Counted from the first letter of the stretch, positions 32,898 to 44,561 are shown. The stretch is DNA of 64,000 bases from Arcobacteraceae bacterium (GCA_048268245.1 JBLWVX010000005.1:56003-120002), one strand, 5' to 3'. Made by a program: numbers and translations. Notes: a model not told the origin generated them from the sequence alone.

Positions 32898-34175
32898 ATG
32901 AAGAAAAGATTTGCAAAAGCCTTAGCTGCTTCGGCGTTGGTTAGTATGAGTTTAATGGCACAAGCTACTGATACAATTAAAGTTGGTGTTTTACACTCTT
33001 TATCAGGAACTATGGCTATTAGTGAAACAACACTTAAAGATACAGTTTTAATGCTAATAGAAGAGCAAAATAAAAAAGGTGGACTATTAGGTAAAAAATT
33101 AGAGCCTGTAGTTGTTGACCCTGCATCAAACTGGCCTTTATTTGCAGAAAAAATGAGAGGTTTATTAACTAAAGATAAGGTAGATGTTACTTTTGGATGT
33201 TGGACATCAGTATCTAGAAAATCTGTTTTACCTGTGGTTGAAGAGTTAAATGGTTTACTATTCTATCCTGTTCAATATGAAGGGGAAGAGTCTTCTAAAA
33301 ATGTATTTTATACAGGAGCTGCACCAAACCAGCAAGCAATTCCAGCAGTTGATTACTTAATGAATGAAGTTGGTGTTAAAAGATGGGTTTTAGCAGGAAC
33401 TGACTATGTATATCCAAGAACTACAAACAAAATTTTAGAAGCTTATTTAAAATCAAAAGGTGTTGCTGCATCAGATATTATGGTTAATTATACACCTTTT
33501 GGTCACTCTGATTGGCAAAGTATTGTAAGTGATGTTAAGAAATTTGGTAGTGCTGGAAAGAAAACAGCTGTTGTATCTACAATCAATGGTGATGCAAATG
33601 TACCATTTTATAAAGAGTTAGGAAATCAAGGTATTACATCTGAGAATATTCCAGTTGTTGCTTTCTCTGTTGGGGAAGAAGAGTTATCAGGAATTGATAC
33701 TAAGCCTTTAGTTGGTCACTTAGCTGCATGGAATTACTTCCAAAGTGCCCAGACTCAAGTAAATGATGAGTTTATTGCTAAGTGGAAGAAGTTTATCAAA
33801 AATGATAAAAGAGTTACAAATGACCCAATGGAAGCAACTTATATTGGATTTAATATGTGGGTAAAAGCAGTACAAAAAGCTGGAACTACTGATGTTGATA
33901 AAGTAAGTGATGCGATGATTGGAATTGAAGTACCAAATCTTACAGGTGGAACTGCAAAAATGCTTAAAAATCACCACTTAACAAAACCTGTTTTAATTGG
34001 TGAAATTCAAGAAAATGGTCAGTTTGAAACTGTATGGGAAACTGACGGTGAAGTTGCAGGTGATGCTTGGTCTGACTTTTTACCAGGAAGTAAAGATTTA
34101 GTTTCTGATTGGACTAAACCTATCAATTGTGGAAACTACAACACAAAAACTAAAAAATGTATAGGTGCAAATTAA
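32898..34175 (+). CDS. urtA: Urea ABC transporter substrate-binding protein
   Basis: HSLSGTMAISE, FGCWTSVSRK, YPVQYEG, TDYVYPR. Confidence 0.95.
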   Translation: MKKRFAKALAASALVSMSLMAQATDTIKVGVLHSLSGTMAISETTLKDTVLMLIEEQNKKGGLLGKKLEPVVVDPASNWPLFAEKMRGLLTKDKVDVTFGCWTSVSRKSVLPVVEELNGLLFYPVQYEGEESSKNVFYTGAAPNQQAIPAVDYLMNEVGVKRWVLAGTDYVYPRTTNKILEAYLKSKGVAASDIMVNYTPFGHSDWQSIVSDVKKFGSAGKKTAVVSTINGDANVPFYKELGNQGITSENIPVVAFSVGEEELSGIDTKPLVGHLAAWNYFQSAQTQVNDEFIAKWKKFIKNDKRVTNDPMEATYIGFNMWVKAVQKAGTTDVDKVSDAMIGIEVPNLTGGTAKMLKNHHLTKPVLIGEIQENGQFETVWETDGEVAGDAWSDFLPGSKDLVSDWTKPINCGNYNTKTKKCIGAN

Positions 34176-34177
34176 TA

Positions 34178-34208
34178 AAGGTATGGAAGATTTTCTTCCG
34201 TACTTTTA
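34178..34208 (+). terminator. Stem-loop after urtA (terminator or mRNA stabiliser)
   Basis: AAGGTATGGAAGA-TTT-TCTTCCGTACTTTT. Confidence 0.6.
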
Positions 34209-34223
34209 TAAAGAAAGGTTAAT

Positions 34224-35822
34224 ATGAATATTTTAAAAATAATATTACTTAATTTATTGCTAGTAGGTTTTACTTATGCAAATACTTTAAAAGAAGATGT
34301 AAACTCCTTGATGTCAAAAAGTTTTAAAAAGAAAGAAAAAGCTATTGAAGCTTTATCTGCTAAATATTCACAAGATAATAATTTAGAGTTTCTTCTTCAA
34401 AGAATGTTAGAGGGAAAACTTTACTATATAAAAAAAGATAAAACTTTTGTTTTCTTAAAAGAGAAAATAAAAAATGAATATCTAACTGTTGAGGTTTTCT
34501 CAAAAAAAACTTTAGAAAAGAAATCAAAGTATGATTTAAAAAAAATAAAAATAAACAATAAATTAAGAAGTGTTATCAAAGAATCACTTGCAAAGTTAAA
34601 TCTTTTCTCTAAAAACAAAGAAAAAAGACTTAATTCAGCAAAAAATCTACTTGAAAATTTAGATATAAAAAGTCAAGCTTTAGTTTTAGAAGCTTTAGAT
34701 AAAGAAAAAGATAGTGATATAAAAGAGGTTTTAGAAGAGATAAAAACAAATCTTGATGCAAAGTATGCTTCTTCTTTAGAACAGAAAATTCAAGCTACAA
34801 AAAAATTAGGTGAGTATTTGTCTTCTAAATCACTTCAAACATTAAAAGAAATAGAAACTAGCAGTGAAGATAAAGTTTTAGTTCAAACTGCACAAAAATC
34901 AATAAAAAGTATTGAATCAAGTAAATCTTTTTACTCTTTTATTGAAACTGCATTTTTTGGTTTAAGTATGGGATCTGTTTTACTTTTAGCTGCTATTGGT
35001 TTAGCGATTACTTTTGGTGTTATGAAAGTTATCAATATGGCTCATGGAGAGCTTATTATGATAGGAGCATACACAACTTATACTATTCAGCAAATTATGC
35101 CAGGGCTTATTGAATATTCAGTTCTTATTGCTATTCCAGTTGCCTTTATTGTAAGTGGTATTGTTGGGATTCTAATTGAAAGATTGGTTATTAGACATCT
35201 TTATGGAAGACCTCTTGAAACACTTTTAGCAACTTTTGGGGTTAGTTTAATTTTACAACAATTAGTTAGAACTATTTACTCTCCTTTAAATCAAGAAGTA
35301 AAAACACCATCTTGGATGAGTGGAGCTTGGGAAGTAAATAGTACGCTGTTTTTAACATACAACAGACTTTATATCATCATATTTGCCTTTGCTGTATTTT
35401 TAGCAATTTTATTTGTGATGAAAAAAACTTCACTTGGATTGAAAGTTAGAGCTGTTTCTCAAAACAGACCAATAGCAAGAGCTATGGGGATAAAATCAAA
35501 CTATATTGATGCCTTAACATTTGGTATTGGTTCTGGCATTGCAGGTGTTGCAGGTGTTGCTTTATCGCAACTTACAAATGTAGGACCAAATTTAGGTCAA
35601 GCTTATATAGTTGATAGTTTTATGGTAGTTGTATTTGGTGGAGTTGGTAACTTATGGGGTACATTTATAGCCGCCCTTACACTAGGTGAGATAAACAAAT
35701 TTATAGAACCAATCTCAGGAGCAGTTCTTGCTAAGGTTATTATTCTAGTGTTTATTATCTTATTTATACAAAAAAAGCCTAGAGGATTATTTCCTCAAAA
35801 GGGCAGAGATGTTGAGGATTAA
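34224..35822 (+). CDS. urtB: Urea ABC transporter permease with N-terminal periplasmic extension
   Basis: GLAITFGVMKVINMAHGE, RPLETLLATFG; operon position. Confidence 0.93.
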   Translation: MNILKIILLNLLLVGFTYANTLKEDVNSLMSKSFKKKEKAIEALSAKYSQDNNLEFLLQRMLEGKLYYIKKDKTFVFLKEKIKNEYLTVEVFSKKTLEKKSKYDLKKIKINNKLRSVIKESLAKLNLFSKNKEKRLNSAKNLLENLDIKSQALVLEALDKEKDSDIKEVLEEIKTNLDAKYASSLEQKIQATKKLGEYLSSKSLQTLKEIETSSEDKVLVQTAQKSIKSIESSKSFYSFIETAFFGLSMGSVLLLAAIGLAITFGVMKVINMAHGELIMIGAYTTYTIQQIMPGLIEYSVLIAIPVAFIVSGIVGILIERLVIRHLYGRPLETLLATFGVSLILQQLVRTIYSPLNQEVKTPSWMSGAWEVNSTLFLTYNRLYIIIFAFAVFLAILFVMKKTSLGLKVRAVSQNRPIARAMGIKSNYIDALTFGIGSGIAGVAGVALSQLTNVGPNLGQAYIVDSFMVVVFGGVGNLWGTFIAALTLGEINKFIEPISGAVLAKVIILVFIILFIQKKPRGLFPQKGRDVED

Positions 35823-35826
35823 TTAG

Positions 35827-36936
35827 ATGGAAAGAAAAGCATTAATATTAAAAATATTAGAAAATGACAAAGGAGGAAAGATAGTTCTTTCTTCTTTAGC
35901 TGTAGTAGTTTTTGTAGTTGCTTTTTGTAATTTATTTGTTCCAAGTGATTCAATATTTTACATCTCGACTTTTACAGTAACTATTTTAGGAAAGTATTTA
36001 GCTTTTGCATTATTGGCATTGGCTTTAGATTTGGTTTGGGGATATTTAGGAGTATTAAGTCTTGGTCATGGAGCATTTTTTGCCCTTGGTGGTTATGCTT
36101 GGGCTATGTATCTTATGAGACAAATAGGTGATAGAGGTGTTTATGGAAATCCTGATTTACCTGATTTTATGGTTTTTATGAACTTAAAAGAGTTGCCTTG
36201 GTTTTGGCAAGGTTTTGATAATCCACTATTTACTTTTTTAATGGTGATGTTAATTCCAGGTATCTTAGCTTTTGTATTTGGATACTTGGCTTTTAAAAGT
36301 AGGGTTACAGGAGTTTATTTATCAATCATAACTCAAGCTTTAACTTATGCTTTAATGCTAGCATTTTTTAGAAATGATATGGGATTTGGTGGAAACAATG
36401 GACTTACAGACTTTAAAGATATTTTAGGTTTTGATTTATCAAGTGATACAACAAGAGTTGCACTTTTAATTATCACTTTTTTAGCTTTAGTTATGGGATA
36501 TTTAGTATGTAGATTTATTATAAATTCAAGACTAGGAAGAGTTGTTATATCAATCAGAGATGCTGAAAGTAGAGTTAGATTTCTAGGATATAAAGTTGAA
36601 CAATATAAACTTTTTATATTTGTAGTGTCAGCTGTTTTAGCTGCAATTGCAGGAGCTTTATATGTACCTCAAGTTGGAATTATAAACCCAGGTGTATTTT
36701 CACCTTTATTTTCTATTGAACTTGTGATTTGGGTTGCTATTGGTGGAAGAGGTACTTTATATGGAGCAATTATTGGAGCTATTGTTGTAAGTTTCGCAAG
36801 TACATACTTTACATCAGCTCTTCCAGAGGTTTGGTTATATGCTTTAGGTGCTTTATTTGTAATTGTAACTTTATATTTACCAAAGGGAGTTGTGGGAGTA
36901 TTTGCACAACTTAGCTCAAAACTAAAAAAGGCTTAA
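35827..36936 (+). CDS. urtC: Urea ABC transporter permease
   Basis: LPDFMVF, GVYLSIITQA, GGNNGLTDF. Confidence 0.93.
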   Translation: MERKALILKILENDKGGKIVLSSLAVVVFVVAFCNLFVPSDSIFYISTFTVTILGKYLAFALLALALDLVWGYLGVLSLGHGAFFALGGYAWAMYLMRQIGDRGVYGNPDLPDFMVFMNLKELPWFWQGFDNPLFTFLMVMLIPGILAFVFGYLAFKSRVTGVYLSIITQALTYALMLAFFRNDMGFGGNNGLTDFKDILGFDLSSDTTRVALLIITFLALVMGYLVCRFIINSRLGRVVISIRDAESRVRFLGYKVEQYKLFIFVVSAVLAAIAGALYVPQVGIINPGVFSPLFSIELVIWVAIGGRGTLYGAIIGAIVVSFASTYFTSALPEVWLYALGALFVIVTLYLPKGVVGVFAQLSSKLKKA

Positions 36937-36937
36937 A

Positions 36938-37726
36938 ATGAAACTATTAAAACATGAAAATGAACAAAATGTAGGTGATTTAAAAAAAGGAGATAGAATC
37001 CTTTTAGTTGATGGTGTAAGTGTTAGTTTTGATGGATTTAAGGCTTTAAATAATCTAAGTTTTTCCATAAATTATGGTGAGCTTAGATGTATTATTGGTG
37101 CAAATGGTGCTGGAAAATCAACTATGATGGATGTAGTAACAGGAAAAACAAGACCAGATGAGGGTCATGTTGTTTTTGGTGAAGCTGTTGATTTACTAGG
37201 CCTTGATGAGCCAACTATTGCTCAAATAGGAATAGGTAGAAAGTTTCAAAAGCCAACTGTTTTTCAAAACAATACAGTTTTTGAGAATCTAGAACTTGCT
37301 ATGAAAGAAGATAAAAGGTTTTTTAAAACTCTATTTTCAAAATTAAGTGGTGAGCAAAAAGATAAAATTGATGAGACTTTAGGACTTATTGGACTTAAAG
37401 ATTTAGTTCATAAGCAAGCAGGTATTTTATCCCATGGACAAAAACAATGGTTAGAGATAGGAATGTTAATCATGCAAGAACCAAAACTTCTCCTTGTAGA
37501 TGAACCAGTTGCAGGAATGACTCCTCAAGAAGTGGAAAATACAGCCCAGATTCTAACAAATCTAGCAAAAGATAATGCAGTTGTTGTAGTTGAGCATGAT
37601 ATGGAGTTTATTAGAAGTATTGCTAAAAAAGTTACAGTTTTACATGAAGGTTCTGTTTTAGCTGAGGGAAGTATGGATGCTATAAAGAACAATGAGAAAG
37701 TAAGACAAGTATATTTAGGAGAGTAA
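36938..37726 (+). CDS. urtD: Urea ABC transporter ATPase
   Basis: GANGAGKST, RKFQKP, LSHGQKQWLEIGM. Confidence 0.93.
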   Translation: MKLLKHENEQNVGDLKKGDRILLVDGVSVSFDGFKALNNLSFSINYGELRCIIGANGAGKSTMMDVVTGKTRPDEGHVVFGEAVDLLGLDEPTIAQIGIGRKFQKPTVFQNNTVFENLELAMKEDKRFFKTLFSKLSGEQKDKIDETLGLIGLKDLVHKQAGILSHGQKQWLEIGMLIMQEPKLLLVDEPVAGMTPQEVENTAQILTNLAKDNAVVVVEHDMEFIRSIAKKVTVLHEGSVLAEGSMDAIKNNEKVRQVYLGE

Positions 37727-37733
37727 AAACAAT

Positions 37734-38429
37734 ATGTTAAAAATAGAAAAAATAAACCAATACTATGGACAAAGTCATACTCTTTGGGATTTAAGTTTAG
37801 AGCTTAAAAGAGGTAGATGTACTTGTATTATGGGAAGAAATGGTGTTGGTAAAACAACACTAAGTAAAGTAATTATGGGATTACTTCATATAAAAGATGG
37901 ACAACTTTTATATGATGGAAAAGATATCTCAAACTTAAGTGACCATAAAAGAGCAGGTATTGCTATAGGCTATGTACCACAAGGAAGAGAGATATTTTCA
38001 CAACTTACAGTTTTAGAAAACCTTCAAATAGGAGTGCTAGCAAATAGAAATAAAATCAAAAAAGTACCTGAAAAAATTTATGAGCTTTTTCCTGTTTTAA
38101 AAGATATGCAAAAAAGAAAAGGTGGAGATTTAAGTGGAGGTCAGCAACAACAACTTGCAATTGCAAGGGCTTTATGTATAGACCCAAAGTTTTTAATCTT
38201 AGATGAACCAAGTGAGGGAATACAACCAAACATCGTAGCTCAAATAGGTGAGGTTATTGACTATCTTACAAAAGAAGAGGATATGACAGTAATGCTTGTA
38301 GAGCAAAAACTTCCTTTTGCAAGACGACATGGGGATGATTTTTATGTGTTAGATAGGGGAAGTGTTGTTGCAAATGGGGAAATAAATGAACTAAGTGATG
38401 ATATTGTAAATAAATATATGTCTGTATGA
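37734..38429 (+). CDS. urtE: Urea ABC transporter ATPase
   Basis: GRNGVGKTT, LSGGQQQQL, DEPSEGIQP. Confidence 0.93.
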   Translation: MLKIEKINQYYGQSHTLWDLSLELKRGRCTCIMGRNGVGKTTLSKVIMGLLHIKDGQLLYDGKDISNLSDHKRAGIAIGYVPQGREIFSQLTVLENLQIGVLANRNKIKKVPEKIYELFPVLKDMQKRKGGDLSGGQQQQLAIARALCIDPKFLILDEPSEGIQPNIVAQIGEVIDYLTKEEDMTVMLVEQKLPFARRHGDDFYVLDRGSVVANGEINELSDDIVNKYMSV

Positions 38430-38512
38430 TTGTTTTATATACAAGTGTAGAAAAAATAATGGTGGCTTTTTAGTTAGAATTATTTGAGATTAAAAGAGAA
38501 TAAAGAGGTTTT

Positions 38513-39265
38513 ATGAGCATAAAGTTTGATTTTAAAGAGGATGTTTTTAGTTTAGATAAACTACTTTTACCTTCAAGATATTACTATTTTAACGAAGATG
38601 AAAACTATATAAAGCTTCTAAATATAGGTGAGGGGATATTTCCAAAAGATAGGATAAAACTTCATGTATCTTTGAATAAATCAAATTTAGTTCTTACAAC
38701 TGAATCAGCTACAAAAATCTATAAATCTAAAAAAGAGTATGGAATCAACTATATCAATATCAAACTTCAAGAGTGCGCGAACTTGGAGTTTATAAATGAT
38801 GAGTTGATTTTGTACGAACAATCAAAATATATACAACTTTTTAGACTAAGTTTTGATGAGACTTGTACGTTTTTTTATACTGATATTTTAAGTCGTGGAA
38901 GAAGTTATGAAAACTTTGATTTTACTTCTATGCTTATGAAAAACTCTTTTTATGAAAACAATAACTTAGAGTATCAAGAAAAGTTTGATGTAAGTGGTGT
39001 TCAACTAAAAGACTATATGAAAAGAAAAAAAAGTAAACAAAACTTTTTTGCCAAAATTTATATGAAAACAAAAAACAATGAAGAGTTTATAAATGAGGTT
39101 TACAAAAGTAGTTTTGAAAGTATAACTTACTCTTCAAATCAAAAAATGCTTATAGCTGTAATATCCCATGAAAACATGAATAGCTTAAGAAAAGAAATCT
39201 TTTTTATTTGGAGTTTATATAGAAAAAGTCTAAATAAAAAAGATTTTAATTTAGGAAAACAATAA
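38513..39265 (+). CDS. ureD: Urease accessory protein UreD (UreH)
   Basis: TTESATKIY motif, GR..E.F.F pattern, position before ureA. Confidence 0.8.
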   Translation: MSIKFDFKEDVFSLDKLLLPSRYYYFNEDENYIKLLNIGEGIFPKDRIKLHVSLNKSNLVLTTESATKIYKSKKEYGINYINIKLQECANLEFINDELILYEQSKYIQLFRLSFDETCTFFYTDILSRGRSYENFDFTSMLMKNSFYENNNLEYQEKFDVSGVQLKDYMKRKKSKQNFFAKIYMKTKNNEEFINEVYKSSFESITYSSNQKMLIAVISHENMNSLRKEIFFIWSLYRKSLNKKDFNLGKQ

Positions 39266-39276
39266 AAGGAGAAAGT

Positions 39277-39954
39277 GTGTTTCTTACAAATCGTGAATCA
39301 GAAAAACTGCAAATTTATACAGCAGCAAAATTAGCCCTTGAGAGAAAAGATAGAGGCTTAAAGCTTAACTATCCAGAAGCTGTAGCAATTATTACTTCAT
39401 ATATTATAGAAGGTGCAAGAGATGGAAAAAGTGTAGCACAGCTTATGGTTGATGCAACAAAAGTTTTAAAACAAGATGATGTTATACCAGAGGTTGCTTC
39501 TATGATTTCTATGGTTCAAGTAGAAGCTACTTTTGATGATGGAACTAAGTTAGTAACAGTTCATAATCCTATACCAACTTCAAAAGATATAGAAGTTCCT
39601 GGAGAGTATTTAGTAGATGATGAAGAACTTATATTAAATAAAAATGCTCAAATTACTACAATAGAAGTAGAAAACAAAGGGGATAGACCTGTTCAAATTG
39701 GTTCACACTATCACTTTTTTGAAGTAAATAAAGAGCTTGATTTTGAAAGATCTGAGGCTTATGGAAAAAGACTTGATGTACCTGCTGGAACATCTGTAAG
39801 GTTTGAGCCAGGTTCTAAAAAACAAGTTGATTTAGTTGCTTATACTGGAAAAAGATATATGAGTGGTTTTAATGGTTTAGTTGAAGGTTTTTTAGATGAT
39901 GAATCAACTGAAGAAAAAGCTATGCAAAATTTATCAAAGTTTTTAGGAGAATAG
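39277..39954 (+). CDS. ureA: Urease gamma/beta fusion subunit
   Basis: [39 protein letters not shown]. Confidence 0.95.
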   Translation: MFLTNRESEKLQIYTAAKLALERKDRGLKLNYPEAVAIITSYIIEGARDGKSVAQLMVDATKVLKQDDVIPEVASMISMVQVEATFDDGTKLVTVHNPIPTSKDIEVPGEYLVDDEELILNKNAQITTIEVENKGDRPVQIGSHYHFFEVNKELDFERSEAYGKRLDVPAGTSVRFEPGSKKQVDLVAYTGKRYMSGFNGLVEGFLDDESTEEKAMQNLSKFLGE

Positions 39955-39956
39955 TT

Positions 39957-41657
39957 ATGAAAATTTCAAAACAAAAATATGCTTCGATGTATGGTCCAAC
40001 AACTGGTGATAGATTTAGATTAGCTGATACTTCATTAATAGCAAAAATTGAAAAAGATTATACTACTTATGGCGAAGAGGTTAAGTTTGGTGGTGGAAAG
40101 ACTATTAGAGACGGAATGGCTCAAAGCCCAACAGCTACAAATACGTGTGATTTGATTATTACAAATGCTACTATTATTGACTATACAGGAATTTATAAAG
40201 CTGATATAGGAATAAAAGATGGCTTAATTAGTGCTATTGGAAAAGCAGGAAATCCAAATCTTTGTGATGGTATTAGTGAAGGTTTAGAAATTGGTGCAAA
40301 TACAGAAATACTTTCAGCTGAGGGAAAAATTATTACAGCAGGGGGAATTGACTCTCATATTCACTTTATCTCTCCTGGGCAAATTGATGAAGCACTAGCT
40401 AGTGGTGTTACTTCTATGCTTGGAGGTGGAACTGGACCAAATACTGGAACAAATGCTACAACTTGTACACCTGGTGAGTGGAATATATCAAAGATGATTC
40501 AAAGTGTTGATGATATACCTATGAACTTTGGATTTATGGGTAAGGGAAATAGCTCAAGTTACGAAGCTTTAAAAATGCAAATAGAAGCTGGTGCTATGGG
40601 TCTTAAACTTCACGAAGACTGGGGAAGTACACCTAAAGCTATTGATACTTGTTTAAGTGTTGCAGATGATTTTGATATACAAGTTGCAATTCATACAGAT
40701 ACTTTAAATGAATCAGGTTTTGTAGATAATACAGTTGATAGTTTTAAAGATAGAACAATTCATACTTTTCATAGTGAGGGAGCAGGTGGTGGTCATGCCC
40801 CTGATATTATGAAAGTGGCTGGTTTAGAAAATATTTTGCCTTCAAGTACAAACCCAACACTTCCATATACAAAAAACACAATTGAAGAACACCTTGATAT
40901 GCTTATGGTTTGTCATCACTTAAGCCCTAAAATTCCTGAGGATGTAAGCTTTGCTGAAAGTAGAATCAGAGGAAATACAATCGCAGCTGAGGATGTACTT
41001 CAAGACTTAGGAGCTATTTCTATTACTAGTTCTGATTCACAAGCTATGGGAAGAGTAGGTGAAGTAATAATAAGAACTTGGCAAGTTGCTGACTCTATGA
41101 AAAAACAAAGGGGAGCTCTTGAGGGTGATGATGAAAAAAGTGATAATGAAAGAATCAAAAGATATATAGCAAAATATACAATAAACCCTGCAATTGCTTG
41201 TGGGATTGATGAGTATGTGGGAAGTGTTGAAGTTGGAAAGATGGCTGATTTAGTTTTATGGAATAGGGCATTTTTTGGAGTAAAACCTGAGCTTGTTCTA
41301 AAAGGTGGATTTATAGCCCTTGCAATGATGGGAGATAGTAATGCTTCTATTCCTACACCTGAACCAAATATGTATAGACCTATGTTTGGAAGTTTAGGAA
41401 AGGCTAGTGCTAAAACAAGTGCAATTTTTACTTCAAAAGTAGCAAGTGAAAATCTAGCTAGTAAACTTGGGATTAATAAACAAGTTTTAAGTGTAAAAAA
41501 CACAAGAAACATAGGTAAAAAAGATATGAAACTAAATGATTTCATAGGTGATGTACAAGTTGATCCAGAAACTTATGATGTAAGAGTTGATGGAAAACTA
41601 ATAGAGTCAAACTATGTAGAAGAAGTACCAATGGCTAAGAAATACTTCTTATTTTAA
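39957..41657 (+). CDS. ureC: Urease alpha (catalytic) subunit
   Basis: [37 protein letters not shown]. Confidence 0.98.
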   Translation: MKISKQKYASMYGPTTGDRFRLADTSLIAKIEKDYTTYGEEVKFGGGKTIRDGMAQSPTATNTCDLIITNATIIDYTGIYKADIGIKDGLISAIGKAGNPNLCDGISEGLEIGANTEILSAEGKIITAGGIDSHIHFISPGQIDEALASGVTSMLGGGTGPNTGTNATTCTPGEWNISKMIQSVDDIPMNFGFMGKGNSSSYEALKMQIEAGAMGLKLHEDWGSTPKAIDTCLSVADDFDIQVAIHTDTLNESGFVDNTVDSFKDRTIHTFHSEGAGGGHAPDIMKVAGLENILPSSTNPTLPYTKNTIEEHLDMLMVCHHLSPKIPEDVSFAESRIRGNTIAAEDVLQDLGAISITSSDSQAMGRVGEVIIRTWQVADSMKKQRGALEGDDEKSDNERIKRYIAKYTINPAIACGIDEYVGSVEVGKMADLVLWNRAFFGVKPELVLKGGFIALAMMGDSNASIPTPEPNMYRPMFGSLGKASAKTSAIFTSKVASENLASKLGINKQVLSVKNTRNIGKKDMKLNDFIGDVQVDPETYDVRVDGKLIESNYVEEVPMAKKYFLF

Positions 41658-41680
41658 AATGAACACTTTAAGGAATATAA

Positions 41681-42115
41681 ATGATAAAAAAAATAGTTGA
41701 GATAAAAAAAGATATTTCATTTGATGATGAGGTTGAGTTGTCATGGTTTGATATGCAAAAGCCAAATTTAACAGCAGTAAGTAAAAATGGTGTTGATTTT
41801 ATAATAAAAGCCAAGTTTACTCACTTGCATGAAAATGATATTTTAGTTGATGAAGAAAAGTATGCCATCAAGGTTCTAAGAAGTGAAGATATGATTTATA
41901 TCTTAGAGTTTAAAGATGCTCTTAGTTTTGCAAAAACTGCTTATGAGATAGGAAATAGGCATCAGCCAGTACAAATAAGTGAGTCAAAAATAGTAGTTTT
42001 AGATGATATATCTATTGAAGATATTATCAAAGATTGCTATAAAAATGAGTCAATAAAAGTAGAAAAGACAAGAGGGTATTTTAAACCAAATGGAAAAGCA
42101 CACCACTCACACTAA
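41681..42115 (+). CDS. ureE: Urease accessory protein UreE
   Basis: AYEIGNRH; His-containing C-terminus. Confidence 0.88.
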   Translation: MIKKIVEIKKDISFDDEVELSWFDMQKPNLTAVSKNGVDFIIKAKFTHLHENDILVDEEKYAIKVLRSEDMIYILEFKDALSFAKTAYEIGNRHQPVQISESKIVVLDDISIEDIIKDCYKNESIKVEKTRGYFKPNGKAHHSH

Positions 42116-42791
42116 GGCTTTAAAAAGCTTAAGTAGGTTTTTACAAATACTTGATGGAAGTTTTCCTTCAGGTGTTTTTGTTCACTCTTTTGGGTTAGAA
42201 CCTCACATGGTTTTAGATGAAGTGAAAGATATAGATACTCTAAGAGAGTATCTTAAAAACTTTATTTATGACCAATACGCAAAACAAGAGTTTGTTTATA
42301 TCAAAAAAGTGTATGAGGCTTTAAGTAGTGAAAACCTAGGTATATTAAAAAAGCTTGATAAAAATCTAGGAGCATACCTGACTTTCGAGTATGCAAAAGC
42401 TTCAAAACATATAGGTGAAAACTATTTTGCTCAAACAAAAACTTTGCCCCAAAAGCAAATAGTAAAAGAGTATTTTTCAAAAATAGAAAATAAACAGTGT
42501 ATAGGAAATGAACTTTTAGTTTTAAGCTCACTAGCCTTTGACATGGATATAAAAATAGAAGATTTTATAGTTATGTGGACTAAAAAAAATTTAATAAACA
42601 TCTGTGCAGCAACACTTAAAATATCAAGAATAAAACCCTCACAAATTCAACAGCTTTTATTTGAGTTTGATGAGTTTTTAGAAGAGTTTGATTATAAAAA
42701 CATTGATACAAAAATCACAAACTTTAATCCACTTTTTGAAGAAGTGATATTTAAACATAAGAACTTAGAACCCAAACTATTTATTACATAA
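42090..42791 (+). CDS. ureF: Urease accessory protein UreF
   Basis: DGSFPSG.F.HSFGLE; C-terminal H....KLF. Confidence 0.9.
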   Translation: MEKHTTHTKALKSLSRFLQILDGSFPSGVFVHSFGLEPHMVLDEVKDIDTLREYLKNFIYDQYAKQEFVYIKKVYEALSSENLGILKKLDKNLGAYLTFEYAKASKHIGENYFAQTKTLPQKQIVKEYFSKIENKQCIGNELLVLSSLAFDMDIKIEDFIVMWTKKNLINICAATLKISRIKPSQIQQLLFEFDEFLEEFDYKNIDTKITNFNPLFEEVIFKHKNLEPKLFIT

Positions 42792-42813
42792 AAATTAGTC
42801 AGCAGGAGAAAAA

Positions 42814-43401
42814 ATGGCATTAAAAATTGGAATAGCAGGACCAGTAGGAAGTGGTAAGACTTCTTTGATTGAAAGTCTTACAAATGTTTTGAAAGATAAA
42901 TATAGCTTAGGAATAGTAACAAATGATATTTATACAACAGAAGATGCAAACTATCTCAAAAAAACACTTGATTTAGATGAAAATAGAATCTTAGGAGTTG
43001 AAACAGGAGGATGCCCTCACACAGCAATCAGAGATGATATATCTATGAATCAAAAAGCAGTAGTAGAATTAGAAGAGAAGTTTAATCCTGATATTATTTT
43101 TGTAGAAAGTGGTGGAGATAATCTAAGTGCTACTTTTTCTTATGAATTAATAGATTATTATTTATATGTGATTGATGTGGCTCAAGGTGCTGATATTCCT
43201 AGAAAAAAGGGTGCTGGTTTGCTTTTTAGTGATTTGCTTGTGGTAAATAAAACAGATTTAGCCCCTTATGTTGGTGTAGATTTAGAGCAAATGAAAGAAG
43301 ATGTATCAAATAACAGAAAAAACAAACCCTCACTTTTTATCACTAATAAAGATGAAAAAAGTTTAGAAAAACTAGTAGAGTGGTTAGAGGTTTTACTTTG
43401 A
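42814..43401 (+). CDS. ureG: Urease accessory GTPase UreG
   Basis: GPVGSGKT, ETGGCPH, ESGGDNL, NKTD. Confidence 0.97.
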   Translation: MALKIGIAGPVGSGKTSLIESLTNVLKDKYSLGIVTNDIYTTEDANYLKKTLDLDENRILGVETGGCPHTAIRDDISMNQKAVVELEEKFNPDIIFVESGGDNLSATFSYELIDYYLYVIDVAQGADIPRKKGAGLLFSDLLVVNKTDLAPYVGVDLEQMKEDVSNNRKNKPSLFITNKDEKSLEKLVEWLEVLL

Positions 43402-43461
43402 TATAAGTATTTAAAAAGAGCAAAAGGATATAATTTCATAAATTTTAAAAAGAGAAAATAC

Positions 43462-44553
43462 ATGATAAAAAAACTTTTTGTTCTAAGCTTTTTAGTTAGT
43501 TCTTTATTTGCAAATGAGAACTATACAAAAAAACAAGTAGAAAATATGATAGCTAAGATGGTAGTCTTAGGTTTTCATGGTACAGATGTATCTGTAAATG
43601 ATAAAATATATAAGGATATAAAAAACTATAATCTAGGTGGTGTTATACTCTTTGATAAAGACCCAAATGATAAAAGTAAAAGAAAAAATATAGTAAATCC
43701 TACACAACTTAAGAACCTAACATCTAAACTTCAAAGTATTAAAGCTGAGAAACTTCTAATCTCTATTGATCAAGAGGGTGGAGTAGTGCAAAGACTAAAA
43801 CCTGCTTATGGTTTTAAGTATACATCATCAGCTCAAAAAATCTCTTCAATGGGTGAAAATTTTGCAAGACAAGAGTATCAAACTCTTGCAAAACAGCTAA
43901 AAGAAAATGGTATAAATCTAAACTTTGCACCAGTAGTTGACCTAGCTATAAACCCTAAAAATAAGGTGATCTATAAACTTAAAAGATCATATGGAAAAGA
44001 TCCTAAACAAGTTATAAAGTATGCTTCTATTTTTGTAGAAGAATCAAGAAAGCAAGGTGTTATATCTGTACTTAAACACTTTCCTGGACATGGTTCATCT
44101 TATGGAGACTCTCATAAAGGCTTTGTAGATGTAACAAAAACTTGGAAACAAGAAGAGATGAAACCATATGAATATCTAATAAAAAACAATAAAGTTGATA
44201 TGATTATGAGTGCTCATGTTTTTAACAAAGAGATGGATAGAAACTATCCTGCAACACTTTCATATGATATAAACACGATTATTTTAAGAGATATGCTTAA
44301 CTATAAAGGTGTTTTAATAAGTGATGACTTACAAATGAAAGCTATCTCTTCACACTATAGCTTAGAAGATACAGTAACTTTAGCTATAAATTCGGGTGTA
44401 AATATCTTGCTTTTTGCAAATCAACTTGCAAAACCTGTAAAACTTGAAACTATCATAAATACAGTTTACACACAAATACAAAAAGGAAAAATATCTCTTG
44501 AGAGAATAGTTGATTCAAATAAAAAGATAGAAACACTACTGCAAAAGATATAA
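43462..44553 (+). CDS. Exported glycoside hydrolase family 3 (NagZ-like beta-N-acetylhexosaminidase)
   Basis: IDQEGG.VQR, KHFPGHG..DSH, SDDL.M; signal peptide. Confidence 0.9.
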   Translation: MIKKLFVLSFLVSSLFANENYTKKQVENMIAKMVVLGFHGTDVSVNDKIYKDIKNYNLGGVILFDKDPNDKSKRKNIVNPTQLKNLTSKLQSIKAEKLLISIDQEGGVVQRLKPAYGFKYTSSAQKISSMGENFARQEYQTLAKQLKENGINLNFAPVVDLAINPKNKVIYKLKRSYGKDPKQVIKYASIFVEESRKQGVISVLKHFPGHGSSYGDSHKGFVDVTKTWKQEEMKPYEYLIKNNKVDMIMSAHVFNKEMDRNYPATLSYDINTIILRDMLNYKGVLISDDLQMKAISSHYSLEDTVTLAINSGVNILLFANQLAKPVKLETIINTVYTQIQKGKISLERIVDSNKKIETLLQKI

Positions 44554-44561
44554 AAATAACA

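Noticed and set aside
41000..41545. 181-aa antisense ORF in ureC, and similar shadow ORFs across the window
   Set aside because: Antisense to well-supported genes; explained by codon bias.
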